Origin: Octopus sinensis
Lineage: Eukaryota
Length of the DNA: 64,000 nt
Assembly: GCF_006345805.1 (NCBI RefSeq)
Contig: NC_043022.1
Location: 12,586,001 to 12,650,000 of the forward strand
Reading direction: 5' to 3'
The translations under genes were made by a program, and so were the position numbers. The first letter of the stretch is position 1; every line of letters begins with the position of its first letter. The notes below the pieces were generated by a model, which made no database searches, was not told the origin of the DNA, and saw nothing but the letters and a program-made list of their open reading frames with translations. This document shows, piece by piece, positions 52,219-61,042 of the stretch.

Positions 52219-55200
52219 TCTTCTACTATATTGAAGGGCTGACCAAAGCCTTGTGAGTAGATTTGGTAGATGGAAATTGAAAGAAGACCTCAGTATGTAT
52301 GTATGCTTATATATATATGTATGTATGTATATGTCCCTATATGTGTGTATATACACACATGCATTATGTGGACATATTTTCAACTGAGATGTTACAACTG
52401 ATCTGATCCTTCAAGTGCTTCAATTCTCTGTGTGTGCTCATTTTTTCTAGAATTGCTAACATTTATCAATGGTTTCTCCCATTTTGTTGATGCACTGTTT
52501 TCTATCTTTAATAAAACTGTCGGCATTTTTGTCAGCATGGTTATGATAGTTAATACTATAAACAGTTTTGTAGATAAGATTATTAATAAAGAATAAGATC
52601 TATGACAGTGAAGTCATTAAGGTAACAACAAAATGAGAAACTATAGGTTGTTGCTTTATATATAATATCACTGTCTGGTAATGTTTTGTATCCATTGTCG
52701 ACTAACACTCCTTTGATGGTATACAAACCAATGTTCAACCTGCTAGAAATAGTAGAAGCCACTTATCTTAAAATCACATCCTACTTAAAATGGGAGGGAT
52801 GCATTGGTTAATGTAGTTCTAGACACATGTAGAAGACATTCTGGTCATATTTGGAAAGCCTTTGGTTACAGGTGTATTCAATATGGACTAACTTGGTGTT
52901 AAACAATAACATTAGGACTGACAACTGTTGAATTCAATTTCTCTTATGTGATGTGATACAACAATAGTAGGGATAGGTGGGGAGAGGAGTGATTTGTATA
53001 TTCTCATTGTAGAGGGAGTTGCAATGGTCCCCCTAAATCTGATAACTTACAACAGACTTACCTTGTCTTCAGTTATTGTTTTGTTTAAGTAATACTGGGG
53101 ACTGGACAGGTCAAGTCCACCTTGGTCAATCTGAAAAACATCAATAGACATGAGATCAAGTGGTGGTAGTAGTGATGATGATGCTGATTGTAGGGTTGGT
53201 GGTGATGATGGTGCTTGTGATGGTAATGATTGTTGAGATAACAGTGGTTATGGCTGTGTGTATATATATGTATATATATATATTAAATCTGCTTCTGAAT
53301 GTAAGAACATCACAACATAATATAACAAGTATAGAATAAAATGCCAGCTGACATGCTAAGTCTCCAGCCCATAGCTGACCACAGTCAAATTAAAGTTACA
53401 TATTCTTTAATATAATCTCTAACCCTTTGAAAACTCAATTGCATTCCCTTTTATAGTCTGACACATTGGTTCACCAACATCACCCTCATTGCTCCCACCA
53501 CCACACTAATACTACTACATCCTTTACTGACTCCTACATACACCACCACTCCATCCTTACTTTCTCTCAAGTACTGCACTGAATAACAAGGTGAGTATAC
53601 TAGTTGATCACATGAGTACCCACATATATATATATATATATATATATATACTAATGATTCCTACGGATTTTATCCCCTGAAATAACAAAATGGTAATATG
53701 TTAGAACCAGTTGGTAGGGATTGGGGATAGCATGTTAATTACTAAGACATGGTCAAATATTAAACCCTAAACATTTAAAATAATTTTCCAATTATAACTA
53801 GAACCCAACAAGTGAGAATACACTAAAACATAAGAAAAAATATGAAACAAAGACCACTAACACACCTTGATAATGTTTCGTGAAGAATTTCTGTTGTCTG
53901 CCAAAATCCACATATAAAAAAGGGCTCCACTTTCAATATTATGGACCTTGGTAAGTAAAGACTCAAAGTCCCATTTTTTTACATCCCAAACCCCAAATAA
54001 ATTTGAAATATTCCAACTGCCAACATCTTTCATGAACTTCACAAGTGGTTTCCGGCCTAATTTTTCTTTTGTTTTGTTGGCATCCATGCAAGATTGGTAA
54101 TACAGCTGGGCTTTCATTTTGGCAGTGCTGTTGAGGTTCTTGTATTTTTCCTCTGGAAAATATTGAAAAAAAAAAACTTATTTTGTTTAATCTCTTGCAA
54201 AAGTTTAGCATAAAACACTTTCTAAACAAATGCTTAATACAACAAACAATTTATGGCTAAATAATAGTTAAGATATTTAATACAAAGTTTGTCTTACATC
54301 TGTTTTTTTCATGCCAGCATGAGTTAGACAAATATGATTTACAGTTGGATGGCTTTCACAACCATGGAGATCAACCTCTGATCCAAACTTAATATTCTAT
54401 CTACAAAACCCTAGTGAGATGATATTACTAAGCTGAAGTCTGTTTCATGTAATGAGTAACTCTACTATGCAGCAGGGGCATCTGTTTAGAGACAGGGAAG
54501 AGATCCTGTGGTAAAGATATACAGACATAGCAACACATATACCCCTTGGACAAAAGATCAATCTTGGCCCATGGCTTATACTGATTATGTTTCCCCCCCC
54601 CTTTTAACACATCTCTAGAGAAAAATAAAATGAAATTAGATCATATCACTAATCCCTACCTGAGACCCCCATCTACCCCACTTTCTTGTCTGTCCTGTCA
54701 CCAAACAACCACATAGCCAGTAATACTACTTATACCAAAAATGAGATACTTAAATCTATTCTAATGATTGGTTATTGATTACATTAGTCTGATAGGTTTA
54801 AATATATTATTTTCACATTAGTTACTGTTGTTGTCTCAATGGTCTTGTGGGTAAAGTCATGGACACAGTAACACCCAAACCTCTTTAACAAAGGTTCAAT
54901 CTTGGCCTGAGGCTCTTTGTAAGTTTTTTTTTTTCCCTTTCTCCATTTACAGAAAAAAATAAAACAAAATAACAGTCCCTACCTGAAACTGAAACCTCCA
55001 TCTACCCCACTGTCTTGTTTGTAACCTTCCACTGGGCCACAAGGCCCGTAATACTATTTATACAAAATAAGAGATATTTAAATCTATTTTAATGATTGGT
55101 TGTTGATTACATTAGTCTTGTAGGTTTAAATATATTATTTTCACACTAGTTATTGTTGTTGTCTTGATGGTCTTGTGGGTAAAGTCATGGACACAACAAC

Positions 55201-58200
55201 ACATGAACCTCTTTAACAAAGGTTCAATCTTTATAAAAGTAGTCAGTGTTTTTTTTTTCCCCCCCTTCTCCATTTACAGAAAAATAAAATAAAATCATAT
55301 CACAGTCCGTACCTGAGACTGAACCCTTCATCCATCTACCCCACTGTCTTGTTTGTAACCAACCCCCCTTATCCACTGGCCCACAAGGCCAGTAATACTA
55401 CTTATACCAAAAATGAGATACTTAAATCTATTTTAATGATTGGTTGTTGATAGATTTAAATATATTATTTTCAAAGTAGTTATTGTTGTTGTCTCAATGG
55501 TCTTGTGGGTAAAGACATGGACACAGTAACACTCAAACCTCTTTCACTAAGGTTCAATCTTGGCTTGAGGCTCTTTGTAAAAGTTTTTTTTTTCCCCCTT
55601 TCTCCATTTACAGAAAAAATAAAACTAAATGAGATCGCATCACTAATCCCTACCTGAGACTGAAACCTCCATCTACCCCACTGTCTTGTTTGTAACCAAC
55701 CCCCCTTATCCACTGGGCCACAAGGCCCGTAATACTACTTATACAAAATAAGAGATATTTAAACCTATTTTAATGATTGGTTGTTGATTACATTAGTCTG
55801 ATAGATTTAAATATATTATTTTCAAACTAGCTATTGCTGTTGTCTCAATGGTGGAGACAATAGACGTATCATAATACAGAGGGTTTTTTTTTTTGGGGGG
55901 GGGGTTGCAGTTGTTTGAGTGGGGCACCTTCTTGAAGGTTTTAGTTAAATAAATCAATCCCTGTAATTAATTTTTTCAAGGCTGGTCCTTATTCTATTAG
56001 TCTCTTTCACTTAACCATTAAATCTAAGTAAAAATTATCCACCCCCTTCTTTTTCCCCTCCTATCTAACTAGATAGAAAACATGTAAATATTTAAGACTC
56101 TTTTATAATACTTGACAGAGATTGAAACCCTCCACATAATAATATACATAATAACAAAAGCTCAATAGGGTCTTTTCGTCCCTTTAAATAATTAAAGCTT
56201 TTTCACTATAAAAATTAATTTCTAATAAATAAAATAGAGACAGTTAAATTCTCGTCAAACCATTCATTCTAGCCCCAATTTATAGAGCAAATTATTATGC
56301 TACCTTAGTACAGTTATAATACCGCAGCTGTTAAATATTAATCACCGAGCAGGCCCAACTCTTCATTAAAAAAACTCAAAGAGACATGTTTTTGATAAAC
56401 AGGCGAAATTTATCCTTGCCAAATTCCTTTAATTTACTTTAATATATAAACCTATATTTATATTAATTAACTTTAAATTCAAATACTAAAAATAAAACTA
56501 ATTATATATACCATCCAAAAATACTCATTCTAACATTATATTTCACTTTTTATAATTAAAAGATATTTATCCAACTGCTATAAAGAAAATTTAATAATAT
56601 AAATAACATTAAAAATAACAATAAAGAAAAAATATTAATTCAACTTCAATTAATCATCTTATTATATACATTCTTACAATAATATATGAAGCTTATCCCC
56701 CAATACTTAAACTAAAAAAACTACCAACCATAAATAATTTTTAACTAACACTAAAATGTAAAAATAAATAAACTAGCTATCATACAAATCGAATAGCATT
56801 TCACTACCATTTACTCTTAAAATAATAACTTTACCACGTTAACTACACATAAAATATTACTAAAACAAATAAATCTTCATATTTCGAGAAAATTATATCC
56901 ATAAAATAATATTATTAAACCATTATGCAAAAGGTACAAAACTTAAATTTTACTATAACTAAATTCACAAAATTCTACATCCTTCTCAGTACATACAAAT
57001 AAATATTTCTATACCCATTACTTTAAAATCAAAAACTTTTATCAATACTTCTACTCAAAATAAATATCAAAATAAAAACCCAATCTAAATCAAAAATAAT
57101 TTAAATAAAATTATCCTCTCAACGTAAGTGAGACACATTACAATTATGTTAATTTTTGTATTATATACTCCTCCAGAAACAATTTCCATTACCTCTACTA
57201 TGTTACGACTTATCTTATTTAAACAACAAGAGTGACGGGCGATATGTACACTTTACAAAACCACATTCAACTACACATACTAATAATCAAGTTTACTATC
57301 AAGTCCACCTTACTAACAAAATTTAATTTTCATTATCCGGATAAGTAAATAATATAAATTATAGTAGTCCATTAAACCTTCTTTATCAGCTACATTATGA
57401 CTTGACATATAAATCCTATGCCAACAGCAATATATAAACTGTTATATATATACTCTTTTTTTTTTACTCGTTTACTTGTTTCAGTCATTTGACTGCGGCC
57501 ATGCTGGAGCACCACCTTTAGTCGAGCAACTCGACCCCAGGACTTATTCTTTGTAAGCCCAGTACTTATTCTATCGGTCTCTTTTGCCGAACCGCTAAGT
57601 GACGGGGACATAAACACACCAGCATCGGTTGTCAAGCAATGCTAGGGGGACAAACACAGACACACAAACATACACACATATATATATACATATATACGAC
57701 GGGCTTCTTTCAGTTTCCGTCTACCAAATCCACTCACAAGGCTTTGGTCGGCCCGAGGCTATAGTAGAAGACATTTGCTCAAGGTGCCACGCAGTGGGAC
57801 TGAACCCCAAACCATGTGGTTGGTAAGCAAGCTACTTACCACACAGCCACTCCAAGTTTAAAATGTGGATTATCAAATTATAATAACAAACCACCAAACC
57901 AAAGAAACAACTGTATCTATTTTTTAAAAATGTGATATTTAAATATAATTTCATCATTCACTATATAGCTGCATTCATTATAAAGATCCTCAATCTGCTG
58001 CGAATAGCAGCTAAGGCTCGCTTACATCACCTGTAACTGGTCTTCAGAAAAAACTAAGAACACCTCAGAGACATGGATCTAAAAAGGATGTACAACAGAT
58101 TATTTTGATAGCATTTCACTTTAAAATATTTTGTTTAAACTTTAAATGAGAAATGTTGCAGTACCAGTAATTATATATTTTGTTGTCCAATGTATCACAA

Positions 58201-61042
58201 AGAAAAAGTTACTGAAAACCAACACATTAATGTATTTCTTAATACATTATAACTGAGTGATAGATGGGCTGGTCATGGTTGGAGTGTTTTTGATCATAGA
58301 TCACAACAGCTGATGTACTTGCGCATACAAATGCATGTTTCCACGGCTTTATCAATAGCATTCTCACCTGGAATCGATTTTTGTAATTTTTTCAAGACTT
58401 ATATATGCCCTGATACTGTCGGTATCCACATATCAAATTTGAGCACAATCGGATGGAGGATGCCCGAGATCCTAGAAGACACACACACACACACACAGAA
58501 TGGATTTTATATAATATATAATACATATATATTATACACACAAACAAACACATACATCTTATATGTGTGGACCATTACTGTTATGCAACCCAATCCAACA
58601 TGGAAAATTGATGATGATGAAGGTGTGTGTATACACATATGCATACACACTATATTGCTGAAACTACTGATGTGGCAGATTTAGCACAACTTTGTGTTTA
58701 TGCATGTTACACCTGGAAAATGAATTCCTTTTTTGTGAAACTCTCAACACCCGAACCACTGCAAACGATATATTCTAGAAAGTGGATCAATTCTTTAACA
58801 CGCATGGCATAAAATGGGAGCATGTTGTTGGCATGTGCACTGACTGTGCTCCAGCAATGCTTGGTTGCCGCTCTGGCATTCAGACAATGGTGAAGGAGAA
58901 GTCTCCTAATGCAACTGGTATGCATTGTACACTTCATCACCAAGCATTCATGATTAAAACAATGCCCAACCATTTGAAGAATGTTTTGAAGGAGGTGGTC
59001 AAAGCAGTAAATTTTATCAAAGCCAATTCTCTAAACTCACGTCTTTCTGTTGACTTGTGCAAGGTCAATGGCTCCAATTTTGAAATGCTTTTACTGTACT
59101 CACATGTGAGGTGGTTATCCGAGGGGATAGTAATGAAAAGACTCTTCGTTCTATGAAAGGAGATAAACAAATTTCTTTGTTTTGCTAAAATAGAACTGCA
59201 CAGACAATTCTCCAATACTTGGTTCCTTATATGTCTCTCCTTTTTGGTCAACATTTTGTTAATTCTGTTAACTTAGCACTACAAGGAAAAGACATCACTG
59301 TTGTCCACTGTCATGAAAAAATGACTGCATTTAAAATGGAGCTCCATTTGTGGCTTTTTAAATTGACATGTGAGAATTTTGCACCATTTCCAAACCTCAA
59401 ATCTTTCCTTGATGAAGATTGCCTTTGAATTGATGCTGACATTTTTGATATAATGAAACAGCATGTCTTAATACTTCCCTGACCTACAAGATTTCGAAAA
59501 AGTTCATCATTTCATAACCAATCTCTTTGCAATCTCTGCTGTTGACCGTCTGTCAGAAGACTACGTCATTCAAAAACTTGCTGAATGATGGAGGTGCAAA
59601 AAAACGCCTTCTGTAACGTGTTGCAGTCAATTCTGGATTGAAATGATGCAGTACTATCCAGATGTCGCCAAATTGGCCCTCAAATTCATCCTTTCATTCG
59701 CAACAACATATGAACATGGGAAGGCTTTTGCAACTTTACTTGCAATTAAAACAAAGGCTTGCAATAAACTGGATGTTGCGCATGTCATGAGGGTTGCATT
59801 ATCAAAAATGCAGCCTAATATTGAGGACATATTACTGACCAAACAAGTTCACCCTTCTCATTAAAACTTTTTTTTATTTTATCAGTAAAATTTTATCTCA
59901 TGAAAAGTTATTTTATACAAGGTCATTTTGCTTTGTTCGTCTTCTCTGATTTTTACAATTTGGAGCAGGGGTGGAGGTCTACAAAGCCTCAAATAAATGG
60001 GAGTTGGTCTGTAGGACGAAAATTTTGAAAAAGTTTTGGAACCAAAGGTGTAGATAGTATAGTCCTAGATATATCTGAAAATATTGGTCTAGTGCTGATC
60101 TGGGACTAGACAACAACAGCTGTCTAGTGACTGATAAGATAGTGTGGGAGGGTCTAGTTGACAGTGGGCCATCCTGGGGCTACACGACAACAGCCATCTA
60201 GTGACCTATAAAACAAGATAAGGTGGGAGAGTCTAGTTAGCAGTGGGTTGATATGGGGCTAAGCAACAATAATAGCCATCAAGTCAAGGTGATAGAGATA
60301 AGGCAGGGTTTGTGACCTGCCTGTTTCTGTTTTCCTTCTGTCGATATGTACTGACCACAGTGATAGACACATCACATACAGCATTTGTAAGACATCATAT
60401 TTAATGTCTTACAGAGTTCATATACCTGATGTTGCTGCTGCTCACAGAAATACTATGGCCAGCAGAATTTAGATTCTTGTTCACCCAAATACAAGCAACA
60501 TTAAGTAGACACTTTTGAGATTCTCAACAAAAATCTTTGAAGAAACCTGGGAGACATCTAAATCAATTTATTTAATTAACCTCAATATCTCAATGCTAAT
60601 TTATTTAATTGATCCCAGAAAGATGAATGGCAAAGTTGACCATGACAAGATTTAGAAGCATGACATTTTGCTCAAAAATCTAAGAATTCTGCCAATCTAC
60701 TTCCTCCCAACAATGATTGAACATGACAAAATATAGAAAATACAAACATGGTTGGCAACATTTAGATAGTGAAGCAGTGCCCCATGATGGCAGATGATTA
60801 AGGATTGTAATAGCTGGGAAGGAGTGAAAAATACTTACCTATCACATGTTTCATAATAATTTGGTTCTGTTTGCGAAGCACTCCAAATGTACCCCATGTG
60901 GAGTAACCAGATGGGATTGGATGGTTCTTAATCCATCCACCACAAGCATACTGGAAAAAATCCTTACAGGGATCCACAGTTTTATCCATGGAATTTAACA
61001 CAGTGCTGGCTACAGTTACACAGGCTGGTGTCAGGCAGTACT
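22700..61042 (-). CDS. ECE1: M13-family zinc metallopeptidase, endothelin-converting enzyme (ECE1/2)-like; 17 coding exons in window, 5' (cytoplasmic/TM) exons not found in window
   Basis: Hand-spliced exons give one continuous frame of 2057 nt with GT-AG introns and matching phases. Motifs: [19 protein letters not shown] (ECE-type rather than neprilysin NAFY), HELTH zinc motif, [15 protein letters not shown]-terminal CEVW*. Strong recalled similarity to vertebrate ECE1; exact orthology (ECE1 vs ECE2) not resolvable. Confidence 0.95.
23136..23952 (+). mobile_element. 5'-truncated RTE-clade LINE in the last ECE intron (antisense to host), with 3' UTR minisatellite and (GAT)n tail
   Basis: [25 protein letters not shown] (RTE ORF2 C-terminus); 3' end ...ttaaacgatgatgatgatga. 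Confidence 0.85.
24204..24280 (-). CDS. ECE1: ECE-like exon P ([25 protein letters not shown])
   Basis: polypyrimidine-ccag acceptor, CG|gtaagt donor, 77 nt; DPHSP motif. Confidence 0.95.
27506..27601 (-). CDS. ECE1: ECE-like exon O ([32 protein letters not shown])
   Basis: ttgtag acceptor, CAG|gtaagt donor, 96 nt; QLFF..FAQ motif. Confidence 0.95.
29308..29373 (-). CDS. ECE1: ECE-like exon N ([22 protein letters not shown])
   Basis: cttctag acceptor, CAT|gtaagt donor, 66 nt; GENIAD third zinc ligand motif. Confidence 0.96.
30221..30345 (-). CDS. ECE1: ECE-like exon M ([42 protein letters not shown])
   Basis: cttcag acceptor, CCA|gtaagt donor, 125 nt, phase 1-0. Confidence 0.95.
30773..30840 (-). 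CDS. ECE1: ECE-like exon L ([22 protein letters not shown])
   Basis: tttttag acceptor, AAG|gtaaga donor, 68 nt; HExxH zinc-binding motif. Confidence 0.96.
31103..31330. mobile_element. piggyBac-type MITE
   Basis: TTAA at 31103-31106 and 31327-31330; termini ctctttagcattc / gaacactaaaggg (10/13 inverted match); no coding capacity. Confidence 0.65.
31788..32647 (+). CDS. Candidate compact multi-micro-exon gene nested antisense in ECE intron K-L (exons 31788-31884, 31971-31999, 32073-32114, 32347-32414, 32487-32514, 32579-32647); 5' end uncertain; product unrecognised
   Basis: Consensus donors at 31885, 32000, 32115, 32415, 32515; 64-86 nt introns, several with branch-like CTAAT and polypyrimidine acceptors; exon phases join into a stop-free frame ending TGA at 32645-32647. 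No homology recognised, so it may be non-coding or pseudogenic. Confidence 0.4.
33787..33998 (-). CDS. ECE1: ECE-like exon K ([12 protein letters not shown]...[37 protein letters not shown])
   Basis: ctgtag acceptor, AA|gtaagg donor, 212 nt, phase 0-2; NAYY substrate-binding motif. Confidence 0.95.
34097..34174 (-). CDS. ECE1: ECE-like exon J ([26 protein letters not shown])
   Basis: tttttag acceptor, AGG|gttagt donor, 78 nt; IGFP motif. Confidence 0.92.
36156..36254 (-). CDS. ECE1: ECE-like exon I ([33 protein letters not shown])
   Basis: ttctag acceptor, AAG|gtaac donor, 99 nt; WMDEETR motif. Confidence 0.94.
37458..37650 (+). mobile_element. SINE family C (ggcagtgagctg(g/a)cagaatcattag...ctgagttcaaat...gactttgcctttcatcc)
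   Basis: Recurring element; other copies at ~17570-17760, 18240-18400, 38150/38615, 50770-50890 (+) and 30945-31100, 43215-43440 (-). Confidence 0.7.
38226..38612 (-). mobile_element. tRNA-derived SINE family A, full-length copy
   Basis: Head gcaggagtggctgtgtggtaag...gttcagtccc (A/B-box-like), internal (TA/CA)n, tail aaatgactgaaacaagtaaaagag; very similar to the copy at 57452-57853; partial copies at ~9758-9970(-), 34410-34756(-), 40790-41112(+), 49781-50148(+), 61565-61792(+). Confidence 0.85.
42175..42293 (-). CDS. ECE1: ECE-like exon H ([40 protein letters not shown])
   Basis: cag acceptor, AAG|gtaagt donor, 119 nt, phase 1-0. Confidence 0.93.
43799..43902 (-). CDS. ECE1: ECE-like exon G ([34 protein letters not shown])
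   Basis: tttctcag acceptor, CAG|gtaagg donor, 104 nt, phase 2-1; NNYL.W motif. Confidence 0.93.
44930..45078 (-). CDS. ECE1: ECE-like exon F ([32 protein letters not shown]...DTNSK)
   Basis: tag acceptor, AG|gtaggc donor, 149 nt, phase 0-2. Confidence 0.92.
50237..50323 (-). CDS. ECE1: ECE-like exon E ([29 protein letters not shown])
   Basis: ttttgtag acceptor, TTT|gtaagt donor, 87 nt, phase 0-0. Confidence 0.92.
51365..51481 (-). CDS. ECE1: ECE-like exon D ([18 protein letters not shown]...LEFETEIAN)
   Basis: ttttag acceptor, AAT|gtaagt donor, 117 nt, phase 0-0. Confidence 0.92.
53062..53130 (-). CDS. ECE1: ECE-like exon C ([23 protein letters not shown])
   Basis: tttttcag acceptor, AAG|gtaagt donor, 69 nt; DQ.GL.L...YY motif. 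Confidence 0.92.
53866..54152 (-). CDS. ECE1: ECE-like exon B ([23 protein letters not shown]...SSRNIIK)
   Basis: ttttccag acceptor, AAG|gtgtgt donor, 287 nt, phase 1-0; KA..YY.SCM motif. Confidence 0.93.
54615..55855. repeat. Tandem array of ~330-bp units (about 3.7 copies) containing tRNA-like modules on both strands
   Basis: Anchor ccctacctgag(a)ac at ~54654, 54977, 55306, 55647; shared aatgattggttgttgat and gtgggtaaagtcatggacac blocks. Confidence 0.92.
56150..57089 (-). pseudogene. rrnL: Mitochondrial 16S rRNA fragment (NUMT), truncated just after GACCCTATTGAGC
   Basis: Exact 16Sar primer site CGCCTGTTTATCAAAAACAT at 56386-56405 (minus); also GCCTGCTCGGTGA, AAGGTAGCATAAT, GAATGAATGGTTTGACGA, GACGAAAAGACCCTATTGAGC. 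Confidence 0.93.
57091..57158 (-). tRNA. trnV: Mitochondrial-type tRNA-Val(TAC), nuclear (NUMT) copy, presumably non-functional
   Basis: Perfect 7-bp acceptor stem CAAAAAT/ATTTTTG; anticodon arm TCTCA-CTTACGT-TGAGA; lies between 12S and 16S sequences. Confidence 0.85.
57159..57440 (-). pseudogene. rrnS: Mitochondrial 12S rRNA 3' fragment (NUMT)
   Basis: GTGTACATATCGCCCGTCACTCTT, TAAGTCGTAACATAGTAGAG, ATGTCAAGTCATAATGTAGCTG on the minus strand. Confidence 0.9.
57452..57853 (-). mobile_element. tRNA-derived SINE family A, full-length copy abutting the NUMT
   Basis: Co-linear and highly similar to 38226-38612. Confidence 0.85.
58390..58530 (+). mobile_element. Possible non-autonomous Helitron/Helentron-like 3' end
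   Basis: tcaaatttgagcacaatcggatgg...gagatcctag followed by (CA)n and ttttatataatata resembles the microsatellite-bearing ends of such elements; recognition only. Confidence 0.3.
58650..60050 (+). mobile_element. hAT superfamily (Buster/Charlie-like) transposase remnant with degraded 3' TIR
   Basis: [41 protein letters not shown]-terminal dimerisation region ending KQVHPSH*; multiple frameshifts; aagttttggaacc at 60031-60043 resembles the reverse of a CAGTGGTTCCCAAAC-type TIR; BED-finger 5' part absent. Confidence 0.88.
60095..60310. repeat. Degenerate ~70-bp tandem repeat x3
   Basis: Recurring acaacagc..tctagtgac, gtgggag.gtctagtt..cagtggg and ggggcta blocks. Confidence 0.65.
60839..61042 (-). 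CDS. ECE1: ECE-like exon A ([36 protein letters not shown]...KHVI)
   Basis: tag acceptor, AG|gtaagt donor, 204 nt, phase 1-1; M13 N-terminal Cys cluster. Confidence 0.93.

Larger units (their letters stand above)
56150..57440 (-). pseudogene. NUMT: nuclear copy of mitochondrial rrnS(3' part)-trnV-rrnL(5' part)
   Basis: Conserved 16S and 12S motifs and an intact trnV in mitochondrial order; very A+T-rich; flanked by nuclear repeats inside ECE intron A-B; boundaries approximate. Confidence 0.93.

Noticed and set aside
56150-56405. Risk that the NUMT co-amplifies with standard 16Sar/16Sbr barcoding primers
   Set aside because: The 16Sar site is present but the NUMT ends before the region holding the 16Sbr site, so this pair should not amplify it.
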